Part shown: positions 39,046 to 48,559 of the stretch, piece after piece
How the letters are laid out: every line of letters starts with the position of its first letter
How positions within the stretch are numbered: position 1 is the first letter of the stretch
Assembly: GCA_023252055.1 (NCBI GenBank)
Contig: JAHEXP010000005.1
Coordinates: 1-50,987, forward strand
From: Coriobacteriia bacterium
Lineage (GTDB): Bacteria > Actinomycetota > Coriobacteriia > Anaerosomatales > PALSA-660
Direction of reading: 5' to 3'
Length of the DNA: 50,987 nt
Notes under the pieces: model-generated
The model's database searches: none
Told to the model about the DNA's origin: nothing
Seen by the model: only the letters and a program-made list of their open reading frames with translations
Made by a program: the position numbers and the translations under genes

Positions 39046-39276
39046 CTCGAACCTCGTTTCCGTGGGACCGATGATCACTTCGCCGGAACGGGGCCGACTC
39101 GCCGCCGGCACCCAGCAGGCTTCTTCCCGTCAGGTCACCGCGACGGACATCCGCTCGTCGCCTCTCGTGTAACGGCTCCGCATCGCGGCCGGGGCGGCGG
39201 GCCACGACGAAACGCCGCCGTTGTAGACTGTGGCGAATGGTCGAAGGGCCCCGTTACCCGCCTTGGAGGACGATCC

Positions 39277-39999
39277 GTGCGATCCATCACCGACTGGCGA
39301 TCGCGCCCGACAGCCGAGAACCTGCTTCTTCTCGCCGTCGCCGTCTGCCTCGCCATAGCCGCCGTACGCGCCGTGTTCGTACTGGTCGCCGTCCCCACGG
39401 CGGTCTATGCAGACTCCCAGGCGATCGCTGCCGCCCAGGCGGCGGGCTCGACGGTTCCCACGCAGACGGTCCTCACGAGGATCGGTGAGAGCGCCGCTTG
39501 GCAGTCCTGGTGGGGCGGGCGCGTCGTGCCCTTCCGCGATGGCGGCGATTACATCGGCGTGATGTGGCACAGCCAGCCCACCCGGACCGTTGGCGCCGTC
39601 ATCGGCGTTCTCATCGAACGCGACCGCGCCAAGGGCGTGAAGATCGATCGCGTGGTCGTCCCGATGGACGAGGAGGCCCTGTTCGGTCAGCCCCCCGGCG
39701 CACTCTTCACGCGTCCCGACGGCACCACGTTCCGATCCCAGTGGGCGCACATCGATCGATACGCCCGGTCGTTCACGGACGTTCCGGTAGAGCGCCGCGC
39801 CTACGCGCCGTTCCTCGACTCCGCGAAGGCCGCTGCGCTCGCTGCCAAGACACACCTCACGTTGCGTGCGCACGACTTCTTCATGGCGGATCCCGTACCG
39901 GGCAGCTCCGGCACGTGGGTGCTGTACTCACGCCAGGGTGCCAGCCGCGAGTACCTGCTCGTCCCGCAAGAGTTGATGACGGCGGGAGGCGCGTCGTGA
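39277..39999 (+). CDS. Single-pass membrane-anchored hypothetical protein.
   Basis: GTG at 39277 with GGAGGA 6 nt upstream. It has an N-terminal TM helix LLLLAVAVCLAIAAVRAVFVLVAV. The long upstream part of the track ORF is antisense to neighbouring genes. Confidence 0.5.
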   Translation: MRSITDWRSRPTAENLLLLAVAVCLAIAAVRAVFVLVAVPTAVYADSQAIAAAQAAGSTVPTQTVLTRIGESAAWQSWWGGRVVPFRDGGDYIGVMWHSQPTRTVGAVIGVLIERDRAKGVKIDRVVVPMDEEALFGQPPGALFTRPDGTTFRSQWAHIDRYARSFTDVPVERRAYAPFLDSAKAAALAAKTHLTLRAHDFFMADPVPGSSGTWVLYSRQGASREYLLVPQELMTAGGAS

Positions 40000-41513
40000 G
40001 CGGCATCCCCAGCGAACTCGCAGGACTCGCGTTCTTCGTCGTGACCGGCTGGGTCGCGCTGTGGCCGGCGCGCCGCACCATGGGACCTGTGGCGTACCAC
40101 CTCGCGGCGCTGCCCACAGGCCTGCTCGCAGCCGCAGTCGCCTCGTCGGTCGGCGCGCTCACGAACCGCCCGCTCGACCTCGTGAGCGCGGCCGGCGGCG
40201 CCATCGTGCTCGCGGTCGTGGTCCAACTCCTCCTGCGGTACCTCGGCACGCCCGCGGTCGGTATGAAGGAGGTCCGGCCCGTCAGTTTCGCGCTCGCGGC
40301 CGCTTCCGGTGGAGTGCTCGCATCGGTCTTCGGCGTGCTGCGCCTCACCGTGACGAACAACGACTCGGTGATGTCGTACTGGCCGCTCGGCGTCGAGCTC
40401 GCTCGCAAGGGCGTCCTCACGCCGGGCCTGATCGCGACGCGGAGCGTCCTCATCCCGTCGATGAACGCCATCTACTACTCGTTCGGCAGCGAGTGGGCCT
40501 ACGTCGTATATCCGATGCTGGCGGCGACGCTCCTAGCCTGGCTTGCGATGACACTGCTCGCCGGCCCGCTCTCGTCGCTGAAGCCGCACACGGCGTGGAC
40601 GATCGTGGGGGTCGCGGTGGCGGCGCTCGTTCTCGAACCGTCCTTCCTGTTCCACTCGGTGTTCGTTCACTCGCACATGATCAGCGCGATCTACCTTCTG
40701 ATGTCGCTGACCTGCGTGTGGCTGGCGGCGCGTCCCGCCCATGGCGGCGAGACGGCTGAAGTCGATCGGACGTACCTGGTGCTTGCCGGCGTTTTCGCCA
40801 CGGGCCTGATGCTCGCGCGCCCGGACGGCCTCGCCTACCTCTTCGTCCCCTCGGCTGCGGCGATGGCTCTTATAGCCCGGCCGAAGGTCGAACTGAAGGC
40901 GGTCGCGGCGTACTTCGCACCGGTGTACTTCATGCTGGTCGCGACATACGGTGTGGCGTACCTGGAGCTGGGGATGTGGCTGTCGGGCAAGCTGAGCGGC
41001 AAGCGGACGCTCGCGGTCCTGCTCGTCGTGCTCGCCTCGGCCGCCGGCCCGTGGGTGGTGGCGTGGCTCGACAAGCGCCTGCCCTTCCGCATCACGGGCG
41101 AGCGGTTCCAGAGCATCTTCGTGGCCGCGACCGCTGCGCTCATGGTGGCGGCACTGCTGATCAAGCACACCAACGCGCGCGAGGCGCTCGCCAACGCGTG
41201 GCTCAACATCTTCGCGGGCCACGGAGGCTACAACTACCTGTGGTGGGGCGTGCTGGCGCTGCTGCTGCTCTCGCTTCTCACGCACGATGCGCTGCGGCGG
41301 GACTCGTGGACGCGCTCACCGTTCCTGTCGATCGTGCTGTTCTACGTGATCGCGCTCGTCGTGCACGGCATCTCGCACGCCGGGCGCGTCGGCGCCGGCG
41401 ACAGTCTCAACAGGGTGGTGTTCCACACGCTGCCGGTGATCGTCTGGTACCTGGCGGCGGTCGCAGGGCGGATCTTCGGGGACCAGGAGAAGGCGCTGCC
41501 CGCCGTCCAGTGA
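39996..41513 (+). CDS. Polytopic integral membrane protein (at least 10 TM). It may be a glycan polymerase/transferase-like protein, but the family was not recognised.
   Basis: GTG at 39996 overlaps the upstream stop (GTGA), with GGGAGG 6 nt upstream. It is 505 aa and highly hydrophobic. Confidence 0.55.
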   Translation: MSGIPSELAGLAFFVVTGWVALWPARRTMGPVAYHLAALPTGLLAAAVASSVGALTNRPLDLVSAAGGAIVLAVVVQLLLRYLGTPAVGMKEVRPVSFALAAASGGVLASVFGVLRLTVTNNDSVMSYWPLGVELARKGVLTPGLIATRSVLIPSMNAIYYSFGSEWAYVVYPMLAATLLAWLAMTLLAGPLSSLKPHTAWTIVGVAVAALVLEPSFLFHSVFVHSHMISAIYLLMSLTCVWLAARPAHGGETAEVDRTYLVLAGVFATGLMLARPDGLAYLFVPSAAAMALIARPKVELKAVAAYFAPVYFMLVATYGVAYLELGMWLSGKLSGKRTLAVLLVVLASAAGPWVVAWLDKRLPFRITGERFQSIFVAATAALMVAALLIKHTNAREALANAWLNIFAGHGGYNYLWWGVLALLLLSLLTHDALRRDSWTRSPFLSIVLFYVIALVVHGISHAGRVGAGDSLNRVVFHTLPVIVWYLAAVAGRIFGDQEKALPAVQ

Positions 41514-41573
41514 CGTTGCGACCGCGGCCGCACCCGTTCGGGGCCCGCGCGCCAGGCCTGACGCGGTACCGCC

Positions 41574-43985
41574 CTACGCCCCTATGCGGCGGAACATCTC
41601 CTCGAACTGCGAGCGGGAGTCCTGCCGCACCGCGGGCAAGCGATCAAGGATCGCTGCCGCATGGGCGTCGCGTTCGCCGATGAGACGCTCCACGACAGCA
41701 CGCAGCGCCTCGGGATCATGCTCGGAGTAGTCGAAGACGAACTCCTCGAGTCCGAACTGCTTCATCACCTCGAGGTACTTGTGGCTCCAACCGACCACCG
41801 CCACGGGCACGCCGATCGACAGCGCCCCGACCATCGCGTGGAACCGCGACACCGCCACGACCGAGCACGCTTCGATGACCGTGCGCAGGGACGCAGCGTT
41901 CATATCGCCGGTCACGTGCATCACGTCCGCGCCTGCCTCGCCCAACCGCTCATGGATCTGGGCGATCACCGGAAGGTCGTTGTTGCGCAGTTTCGTGGAG
42001 CGGGCGCGCGTCGCGTTCGGGAACAAGAGCACGCTGTGCCCATCTTCGACGAGCCCTGCCGCGAGCCGCGCCATGAATCCGACGTAGTCCCACCCCTCCG
42101 AGACCGCCTTGCTCGCGAGCACGGCGCTCGGACACAGGCCGACCACGGCACGCCCGGCGGCCCGCATCTCCAGTGAGCGGGCCGCGAGACGGTCCGCCTC
42201 CTCCCCGCCCTCTCTCGAGAGCGAGTCCCGCGCCTCGAACAGGAACGCGACGTCCGCCCCGGCGAGCATGCGATCGGCGGGGAACGCGATCGTCTCGAGA
42301 TGCTCGACGGTCGTCTCCCCGCGCGGCACCACGAGTGCGCACTTCGGCAGCAGCCACTTCGCGAGGAACCGGTTGAGCGGGTGCTTGAACGGCCCTACCG
42401 CCTGCGCGAGTTTGAACACGGGCGTCCGCAGCAACATCGCGGGCAGGATCGTGAGCACGTTGAACGGCAGGTACTTGTCGCGGCCGTCGATGAACGAGAC
42501 GCCGGCGAGGTCGATGAGCGCGCGGCTCTCGGCCAGCTCCCGCACGGAGCGCGGGAAGATGCGCGGGACCTTGCCCAGGCGCGCGAACGGCGCCGCGAGC
42601 AGCGAGAGCGGGAACAGCACGCCGACGAGGTACGCCGGCGTCGAGGAACGAACCGTCACCGCCTTGTCGCGGATCAGCTCCGAGTCCATTTCCGGCTGGT
42701 ACGAGAAGACGGTGAAACGCGCATCCGGGAACTTGTCGCGGATCCTCCCGATGGAGGTCTCGAGCATCGCCTCAGCGCCGCGGTTGCCGTATACGGTCGC
42801 GGCGATGAGCGAGAAGCGCGGCGAACCCTCTGGCGCGCCGGGGACGAGCGGGCCGGTGGGCAGAGACTCGAGGCCCTTGAGGTAGTAGAGGCGCGCCTTC
42901 AGGAGGCGGCGGTTCGCAGCGAGCACACGGGCGCTTCCCTCGGTGTCCTGACTCGCAAGGTGGTTCCGCAGCGTCATGCGCGCGGCAGCACGTTCGTGCG
43001 TCCTAACGCCGGTCCGCACCTTGTCCGGGACGCGCATGCCGAGCGGTGCGCCGGCCTGCGAGCGCGCGGTGACGTTGAAGTGGAACGGCGCGGTGCGGCG
43101 CTGACCGTCGAGGACCTCTCGCAGCGGCACCGGGCTCGCCACGAGCACGCCGGAGGCAACCGCGGCACTCAGCGCTTCCTCGCCGCGCTCCGTCTTCACC
43201 AGCAGCGCGGTGTGTTTCACCGGATCGTTCTTGTACTTCTGGGACCACAGGTCGCCGGCACTGATGTCCGCCGAGTATCCGAAGTGGTCGCCGCAGAACA
43301 TGCACTTCTTCGGAGTCCCGAAATAGAGGTTGTGGTAGAGCAGGTAGTGGTTCGACGGCTTGTCGACGACCGCGCCGTTGTCGTAGGTGGCCGTGAGCCG
43401 CCCACGCCAATGCCCGCTTCGGAACCGGAACGTCTCGAGCTTCCCGCCGCCCACGCTGGCCGCGAGCCGGTCGGTCATCGCGTCGACGAACTGGGTCTCG
43501 CTCGTGTGCCCGCAGAACAGCGCGATCGCGAGCTCGACCTTCTCGCTCATCGACGGATCGTGCCGCACGAGGGCGATCTCGCACGGGAGTGCGACGACCG
43601 CCAGCTTGCCCTCGAACTCGCGGATGAGCGGGGCAGCCTCGCGACCGAACTCGCCCAGCACGTACGTGCTGCCGCGTGCCGCGAGCACCTCGTCCCGGGT
43701 GCGCGCGATGCGGTAGCGGGCGCGCACCCGACCGTCCTCCACCGACGTCGCGCAGACGAGCGCGCCGTCGACCCGGCCGGACTCGAGCGCCGCGATGAGC
43801 AGACCTGACACGGCGCCACCCGAAGCGGCGCCCGACCGCACCGCCTCATCGGCTGCGTGGGCGATGTGGCTCTCGCGCACCTCTCCCACGAGCGAAGCGA
43901 TCTCCGCGCCGGTCCAGCGGTGCGCGGTGATCCGGTCGACGATCTTACCCAGCTTCACCGGGGGTCGCCTCCCCATCGGAACCAT
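41574..43985 (-). CDS. Fusion protein: an FrhB/FdhB-like (coenzyme F420 hydrogenase beta-type) domain plus a polysaccharide pyruvyl transferase domain.
   Basis: The N-terminal half has SGAASGGAVSGLLIAAL..GRVDGALV...ALPCEI...LFCGH. The C-terminal half has YGNRGAEAMLETSI and a pyruvyl-transferase-like pattern. The start is uncertain (44045, 43985, 43976 or 43958) and overlaps the upstream gene end. Confidence 0.7.
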   Translation of the reverse strand: MVPMGRRPPVKLGKIVDRITAHRWTGAEIASLVGEVRESHIAHAADEAVRSGAASGGAVSGLLIAALESGRVDGALVCATSVEDGRVRARYRIARTRDEVLAARGSTYVLGEFGREAAPLIREFEGKLAVVALPCEIALVRHDPSMSEKVELAIALFCGHTSETQFVDAMTDRLAASVGGGKLETFRFRSGHWRGRLTATYDNGAVVDKPSNHYLLYHNLYFGTPKKCMFCGDHFGYSADISAGDLWSQKYKNDPVKHTALLVKTERGEEALSAAVASGVLVASPVPLREVLDGQRRTAPFHFNVTARSQAGAPLGMRVPDKVRTGVRTHERAAARMTLRNHLASQDTEGSARVLAANRRLLKARLYYLKGLESLPTGPLVPGAPEGSPRFSLIAATVYGNRGAEAMLETSIGRIRDKFPDARFTVFSYQPEMDSELIRDKAVTVRSSTPAYLVGVLFPLSLLAAPFARLGKVPRIFPRSVRELAESRALIDLAGVSFIDGRDKYLPFNVLTILPAMLLRTPVFKLAQAVGPFKHPLNRFLAKWLLPKCALVVPRGETTVEHLETIAFPADRMLAGADVAFLFEARDSLSREGGEEADRLAARSLEMRAAGRAVVGLCPSAVLASKAVSEGWDYVGFMARLAAGLVEDGHSVLLFPNATRARSTKLRNNDLPVIAQIHERLGEAGADVMHVTGDMNAASLRTVIEACSVVAVSRFHAMVGALSIGVPVAVVGWSHKYLEVMKQFGLEEFVFDYSEHDPEALRAVVERLIGERDAHAAAILDRLPAVRQDSRSQFEEMFRRIGA

Positions 43986-45021
43986 CCGGACCGGCGGCGC
44001 CGTCGGAGGCGCCCGCCTCTTCGGTCGCGCCAACGCCGCGCGCACCGCTCATGATGTCGGCCAGACCGACTCCGGTGCTGCGCAGCAGGTACAGCGTGGA
44101 CGGCACTCCCACGACGAGCAGCCAGATGAGCATGACCGCCCGCTCGATGACCGACGCCGCAAACCCGGCGTCGACGGACAGCCCGGATATCGCGGAGCCG
44201 AAGCTCGCACCGACCTCACGCAGGCCCACGCCACCCGGGATCACCGAGATGCGCGTGAACAGGATCCCGAGGGCGGTGACGGTGACCACCTGCCCGTAGG
44301 AAGGACTCATACCGAGCGCCTGGAACGACCAGTACGAACGCAACGTCCACAGGGTGACGAGCGAGAAGTTGATCACGAGCTCGATGGCGAGAAGCCGCCC
44401 ATCGGAGAAGATCTGGCCCATGCCGTCGACGATGCGCATAAGGATGCGGATGACGCGGGAGTCGTGGGACTCGAAACGGCCCGCGGTCCGCATCCGCCCC
44501 CAGATGATGAGCCCCGCCACGCCGGCGGTGGGGCCGAGCAGGAACAGCCAGCCCCAGGCGCGATGTGCCGCCGGGCCGAGCACGAGGCAGGTCCCCGCCA
44601 TGACCAGGGCCACCCACAGGTGGATCACGCTGGAGGCGGCGATGAGGGCGGTGAAGGCGGAGAGCGGGAGCTTGTACCGGGTCCGCATCACGATGCCGTT
44701 GAGCACGGTGCCCGCCTTCATCGGCAGGTAGTTGAGCGTGTTGACCGCGAGCCCGAGCATGAGCGCCCCGCTCATCGGCACCTTGCTGCCGAAGTGCCGG
44801 GCGAGTACCTGCAGCTCGATGCCGTTGAGGATGAACGTCGCGAACGAGCTCAGCGTGATGAACAGGAAAAGCGCGGGCGTGAGCTTGAACGCGGCCTCGA
44901 GGTCGTGCCCGCGGCTGACGACGATCCAAGCCACGAACCCCACAGCGCCCAGCAGGAGCACCCACTGGATCAACCCCGCGCGACTCCGCAGGGACCGCAC
45001 GAACCAGTTGCCTGAAGCCAC
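43945..45021 (-). CDS. Flippase-like membrane protein (UPF0104 / LPG-synthase TM region family).
   Basis: 358 aa. The GTG start directly abuts the GT2 stop. It has the basic N-terminus then polytopic pattern of the family. Confidence 0.65.
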   Translation of the reverse strand: MASGNWFVRSLRSRAGLIQWVLLLGAVGFVAWIVVSRGHDLEAAFKLTPALFLFITLSSFATFILNGIELQVLARHFGSKVPMSGALMLGLAVNTLNYLPMKAGTVLNGIVMRTRYKLPLSAFTALIAASSVIHLWVALVMAGTCLVLGPAAHRAWGWLFLLGPTAGVAGLIIWGRMRTAGRFESHDSRVIRILMRIVDGMGQIFSDGRLLAIELVINFSLVTLWTLRSYWSFQALGMSPSYGQVVTVTALGILFTRISVIPGGVGLREVGASFGSAISGLSVDAGFAASVIERAVMLIWLLVVGVPSTLYLLRSTGVGLADIMSGARGVGATEEAGASDGAAGPDGSDGEATPGEAG

Positions 45022-45993
45022 TTAGGAGTCCTTCTCGATGCGCCCGGTCTCGGTCTCGAGCTCCAGGCGGCGCGTGCGCCACTGGACGTCCTCGAGGATC
45101 TTGCGGTTGTTCCCGATAAGTTCAGCCAGCAGCCCGAACAGAGCGACCTGTACGCCGGTGAGGATGAGGATGGCGGCCAGCACGAGCGACTGCAGGTGCC
45201 CGGTCCCCTGCCCGATGGTCAGGTAGTAGAGGTAGCGGACGCCGACCAGCACACCGGCCGCTCCGAGCGTGACCCCCGGCACCATGAAGAACTTCATCGG
45301 CTTGTACGTCATGAACACGCGGGCGATCGTCACGAGCGATCGGCGCACGTACGACGCGATGCTCTTCACGAGGCGCGAGGGCCGCAGGTCCTCGTTCACG
45401 CGGATGTCGACGCTCTGGATCGCCATGCCGGCGCGGCCGGCCTGGATGATCGTCTCGATCGTGTAGGTGTACTCGGTGTTCACGTTCAAGCGCAGCGCAC
45501 AGGCGCGCGACATCGCCCGGAAGCCGCTGGGCGCGTCGGGCACCTCGGTGTTGCTCGCGACCCGGACCGCCCAGCTCCCCAGCTTCTGGAGCGCCTTCTT
45601 GATCGGCGAGAAGTGCGGGATGTCGGCGATCGGACGCGCACCGATGACATAGTCCGCGCGGCCCTCAAGGATCGGGTCGACGAGCTTGGGGATGTCGTCG
45701 GCGCAGTACTGGTTGTCCGCATCGGTGTTGACGATGATGTCGGCGCCGAGGCGCAACGACGCGTCCAGGCCCGCCATGAACACCTTGGCCAGACCGCTGT
45801 TGCGCTTCATCCGCACCACATGGTCCACCCCGAGCTCGCGGGCGACCTCGACGGTGCGGTCGGTGCTGCCGTCGTCGATGATCAGCCATTCGACGACGTC
45901 CACGCCCGGAACGGTCCGCGGCAGCACCGGCAGCGAGACCGGCAGCGAGGCCTCCTCGTTGAAGCACGGGATCTGGATGATGAGCTTGATCAC
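45022..45993 (-). CDS. GT2 polyprenyl-phosphate glycosyltransferase (DPM1/GtrB/ArnC-like) with two C-terminal TM helices.
   Basis: 323 aa with IIQIPCFNEE, IIDDGSTDRT, NTDADNQY, and a C-terminal hydrophobic pair. Confidence 0.85.
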   Translation of the reverse strand: MIKLIIQIPCFNEEASLPVSLPVLPRTVPGVDVVEWLIIDDGSTDRTVEVARELGVDHVVRMKRNSGLAKVFMAGLDASLRLGADIIVNTDADNQYCADDIPKLVDPILEGRADYVIGARPIADIPHFSPIKKALQKLGSWAVRVASNTEVPDAPSGFRAMSRACALRLNVNTEYTYTIETIIQAGRAGMAIQSVDIRVNEDLRPSRLVKSIASYVRRSLVTIARVFMTYKPMKFFMVPGVTLGAAGVLVGVRYLYYLTIGQGTGHLQSLVLAAILILTGVQVALFGLLAELIGNNRKILEDVQWRTRRLELETETGRIEKDS

Positions 45994-46018
45994 GAACGCC
46001 TACCCCTCGTCGGTATCG

Positions 46019-47296
46019 CTATCGGCGCCCGACGCCGACGTATTCGCCGCCGCCCGCCCGGACCGCGGCAGGATCCACGCAGTTGCGGCCGTCGAAGACG
46101 AGCTTGGGCTCGGCCATCGTGGCCGTCATCGTCTTCCAGTCCGCGTCGCAGATCTCGTCCCACTCGGTGGCGACGATGACGGCGCACGCATCGCGCACCG
46201 CCTCCTCGACGCTGCCCACCTGCGTGTACTGGTCGGACTCGAAGTCCATCACACCCACGGGGTCGTAGGCCGGCACGATCGCGCCTTCGACGAGCAGCAT
46301 GCGGATGATGTCGCCGGCAGGAGCCTCGCGCGTGTCGTCGGTGTGCGGCTTGAAGGTCAGGCCGAGCACGGCGACGCGCACGCCATGGAGGTCTCCGAGG
46401 CGATGACGGATCGCGGTGACCGGGACGCGGCGCTGGAACGCGTTGACGTCGATGACCGCCTTGAGCAGCGGCGAGTGGTGGCCGTTGACGCTGTAGAGGT
46501 AGTCGAGCGCGCGGGTGTCCTTCGGGAAGCAGGAGCCGCCGTAGCCGATGCCGGCGTTGAGGAACGAACCGCCGATCCGCTTGTCGAGGCCGACGCCCTT
46601 CATGACCGTCGTCACGTCGGCGTCCACGGTGTTGCACAGATTGGCGATCTCGTTCGCGAACGAGATCTTCATGGCGAGGAAGGCGTTCGAGGCGTACTTG
46701 ATGAGTTCCGCGCTCGGGATGTCGCAACGCAGGATCGGTGCGAGGATGTCCTCGTAGAGTTCCGCGACCTTGTCGATCGTCTCGGGGTTGCCGCCCAGCA
46801 CCATGCGGTCGGTCTCGTACCAATCCTTGACCGCGTTGCCTTCCCGCAGGAACTCGGGGTTCGACACGTAGCCGATGCCGTGCGCCTCCAGGCGCTTCGC
46901 GAGTGCGGTGCCGGTGCCGGGAGGCACGGTGCTCTTCATGATCACGATGGTGCCTGCCGGAACGGTCGAGACGATCTGCTCGACGACCGCGCTGATGAAG
47001 CGGAGGTCCGAGGACCCGGTCGAGGTCGACGGTGTGCCCACGGCGACATAGACGTACTCGCCGAAATCGGTGACGTTCGAGGGGTGCTCGAAGATGAGAC
47101 GCCCGGCCTCGATCGACCCGGTGATGATCTCGTCGAGTCCGGGCTCGTGGAAGGGCGTGACCCCGCCGCGCAGGGAGACGAGCTTCTTCTCATCGACATC
47201 GAGGACGGTGACGGTGTGGCCGGACTTCGACAGGCATGCGCCTGCCACCAGTCCGACGTAGCCGGCTCCGAATACCGTTACGCGACGTGGCCGCAT
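46019..47296 (-). CDS. ugd: UDP-glucose 6-dehydrogenase family nucleotide-sugar dehydrogenase.
   Basis: VTVFGAGYVGLVAGACL, GGSCFPKD, and C-terminal UDPG_MGDP_dh pattern. ATG 47296 is preferred over GTG 47305 (GAAAGG spacing). Confidence 0.85.
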   Translation of the reverse strand: MRPRRVTVFGAGYVGLVAGACLSKSGHTVTVLDVDEKKLVSLRGGVTPFHEPGLDEIITGSIEAGRLIFEHPSNVTDFGEYVYVAVGTPSTSTGSSDLRFISAVVEQIVSTVPAGTIVIMKSTVPPGTGTALAKRLEAHGIGYVSNPEFLREGNAVKDWYETDRMVLGGNPETIDKVAELYEDILAPILRCDIPSAELIKYASNAFLAMKISFANEIANLCNTVDADVTTVMKGVGLDKRIGGSFLNAGIGYGGSCFPKDTRALDYLYSVNGHHSPLLKAVIDVNAFQRRVPVTAIRHRLGDLHGVRVAVLGLTFKPHTDDTREAPAGDIIRMLLVEGAIVPAYDPVGVMDFESDQYTQVGSVEEAVRDACAVIVATEWDEICDADWKTMTATMAEPKLVFDGRNCVDPAAVRAGGGEYVGVGRR

Positions 47297-47587
47297 GCGG
47301 GGCACCTTTCAATGCGAGATCGACACCGGACGGACGCGCGCGATCCCGGTGTGTGATCGACTCGGGAAACTACTGGATTCTACAACATCGGGCCGGTGCC
47401 GCCCCGCGTTCGCGGCGTACCCGAAGCCCTCCGCGCGAAGCGAGCACAGGGCCGCTGAGCAGGAACGGCCGCCCATCGCCGGGCGCCCCCTGCCCCCGGT
47501 GGCGATCCCCATTGTCGCCCTCGGCGTCGCCCCGCCCCCTGTTCGTCACCGGGCCGTCACCCGTTGACGACACCGGCGCGCCACAGG

Positions 47588-47815
47588 TCAGGGCCGCAGC
47601 CCGCCCCTGAGACAGGTGAAGCCGTCCGGCACCCATCGGCGCCCGCGGCAGTTGAAGCAGTTCGGTGCATCGCGCTCGATGTAGCACTCGTCGTCCTCGT
47701 CCAAGGAGAACGAGGGGCATCCCGCTGCCACGGCGGAAGCCGCAGCGACGTCCGGCTCGACATCCACGCTCCCGACGAAGACCGGTCCGGCGTCAGTGTC
47801 ACGTAGCGGGGTCAC
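47588..47815 (-). CDS. Cys-rich 75-aa protein (possible zinc-ribbon), translationally coupled to the upstream gene.
   Basis: The GTG start is 3 nt after the upstream stop. It has five Cys, including a CFNC pair (CPSF...ECYIERDAPNCFNCRGRRWVPDGFTC). Confidence 0.4.
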   Translation of the reverse strand: MTPLRDTDAGPVFVGSVDVEPDVAAASAVAAGCPSFSLDEDDECYIERDAPNCFNCRGRRWVPDGFTCLRGGLRP

Positions 47816-47818
47816 GGC

Positions 47819-48559
47819 CTAGAACGACCTGAGCGACTTGCGGTCCACGGGGCACCAAGCGGCCGCGCCCGCTGCGTCGAGTGGCCTGACGAGCAATACC
47901 GCCGCACCGTCTTTGAGAACGAGTTTGGCCGAGTCCGCCACGAGCACCCGCTCGTCGTCTCCGAGTGTCTCCCCCTCGAGGGTGCGCACCGCCCCGACGC
48001 CCTCGCGCTTGATGTCCGCAACCGTCGCCACATCGTTCTCGTCGCCGCGGAGGCGGAACTTGCCCTTGTACCGGCCGTCACTGCCCGTGAGCCGCAATCC
48101 CGCGCCCGCCAAAGCGCCGATCACGCCGATGCCTGTCCCCCCGTGTTCGGAGAGGTGCACGCCGAACTCCTCGGCACGCGCGTACGCTTCATCCTTGGTC
48201 AGCACGCGCTGTTTGGCCTCGAGCCCGAAAGCCATCAGCCGTTCCGCGTCCGCCAAACTGGAGAGGACCACGACGGCGAGCCCCGGATCGGCGGCCTCGA
48301 CGCTCTCCGCTGTCAGCACGTCTGCGCAGATCCGGGTGACCTCGTCGAGCGCATCCTCGGAGATCTCCGCCTCGAAGCACATGGAGCTGTTGTGCGACGT
48401 GTACGCGATGTCCGGGTGGACGAGGAGCTGGTGCCGCGTGACGCGTCCGACGGTCGCCAGCCCTCGATCAACCAGAGCCTGGCCGAGCATCTCGGCGATC
48501 TCGCCGGTGCCCTTGCTCTGAGCGTCATCCGTGTCGTCGATCGAGATCAGGATCTTCAC
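47819..48559 (-). CDS. Hypothetical protein with an N-terminal ISIDDTDD motif that resembles the TiaS N-terminal kinase-like domain.
   Basis: The ORF was trimmed to GTG 48559 (GGAAGG 7 nt upstream), giving 246 aa. Motifs are VKILISIDDTDDAQSKGTGE..., HQLLVHPDIAYTSHNS and GTGIGVIGALAGAG. The family assignment is from memory only. Confidence 0.45.
   Translation of the reverse strand: MKILISIDDTDDAQSKGTGEIAEMLGQALVDRGLATVGRVTRHQLLVHPDIAYTSHNSSMCFEAEISEDALDEVTRICADVLTAESVEAADPGLAVVVLSSLADAERLMAFGLEAKQRVLTKDEAYARAEEFGVHLSEHGGTGIGVIGALAGAGLRLTGSDGRYKGKFRLRGDENDVATVADIKREGVGAVRTLEGETLGDDERVLVADSAKLVLKDGAAVLLVRPLDAAGAAAWCPVDRKSLRSF

Noticed and set aside
38509-39276. The upstream 256 codons of track ORF 38509..39999, and likewise 39498..39995 of ORF 39498..41513.
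   Set aside because: These parts overlap the metallophosphoesterase and coiled-coil genes, or the preceding gene, in other frames or strands. Strong SD plus GTG starts at 39277 and 39996 precede the hydrophobic, protein-like parts.
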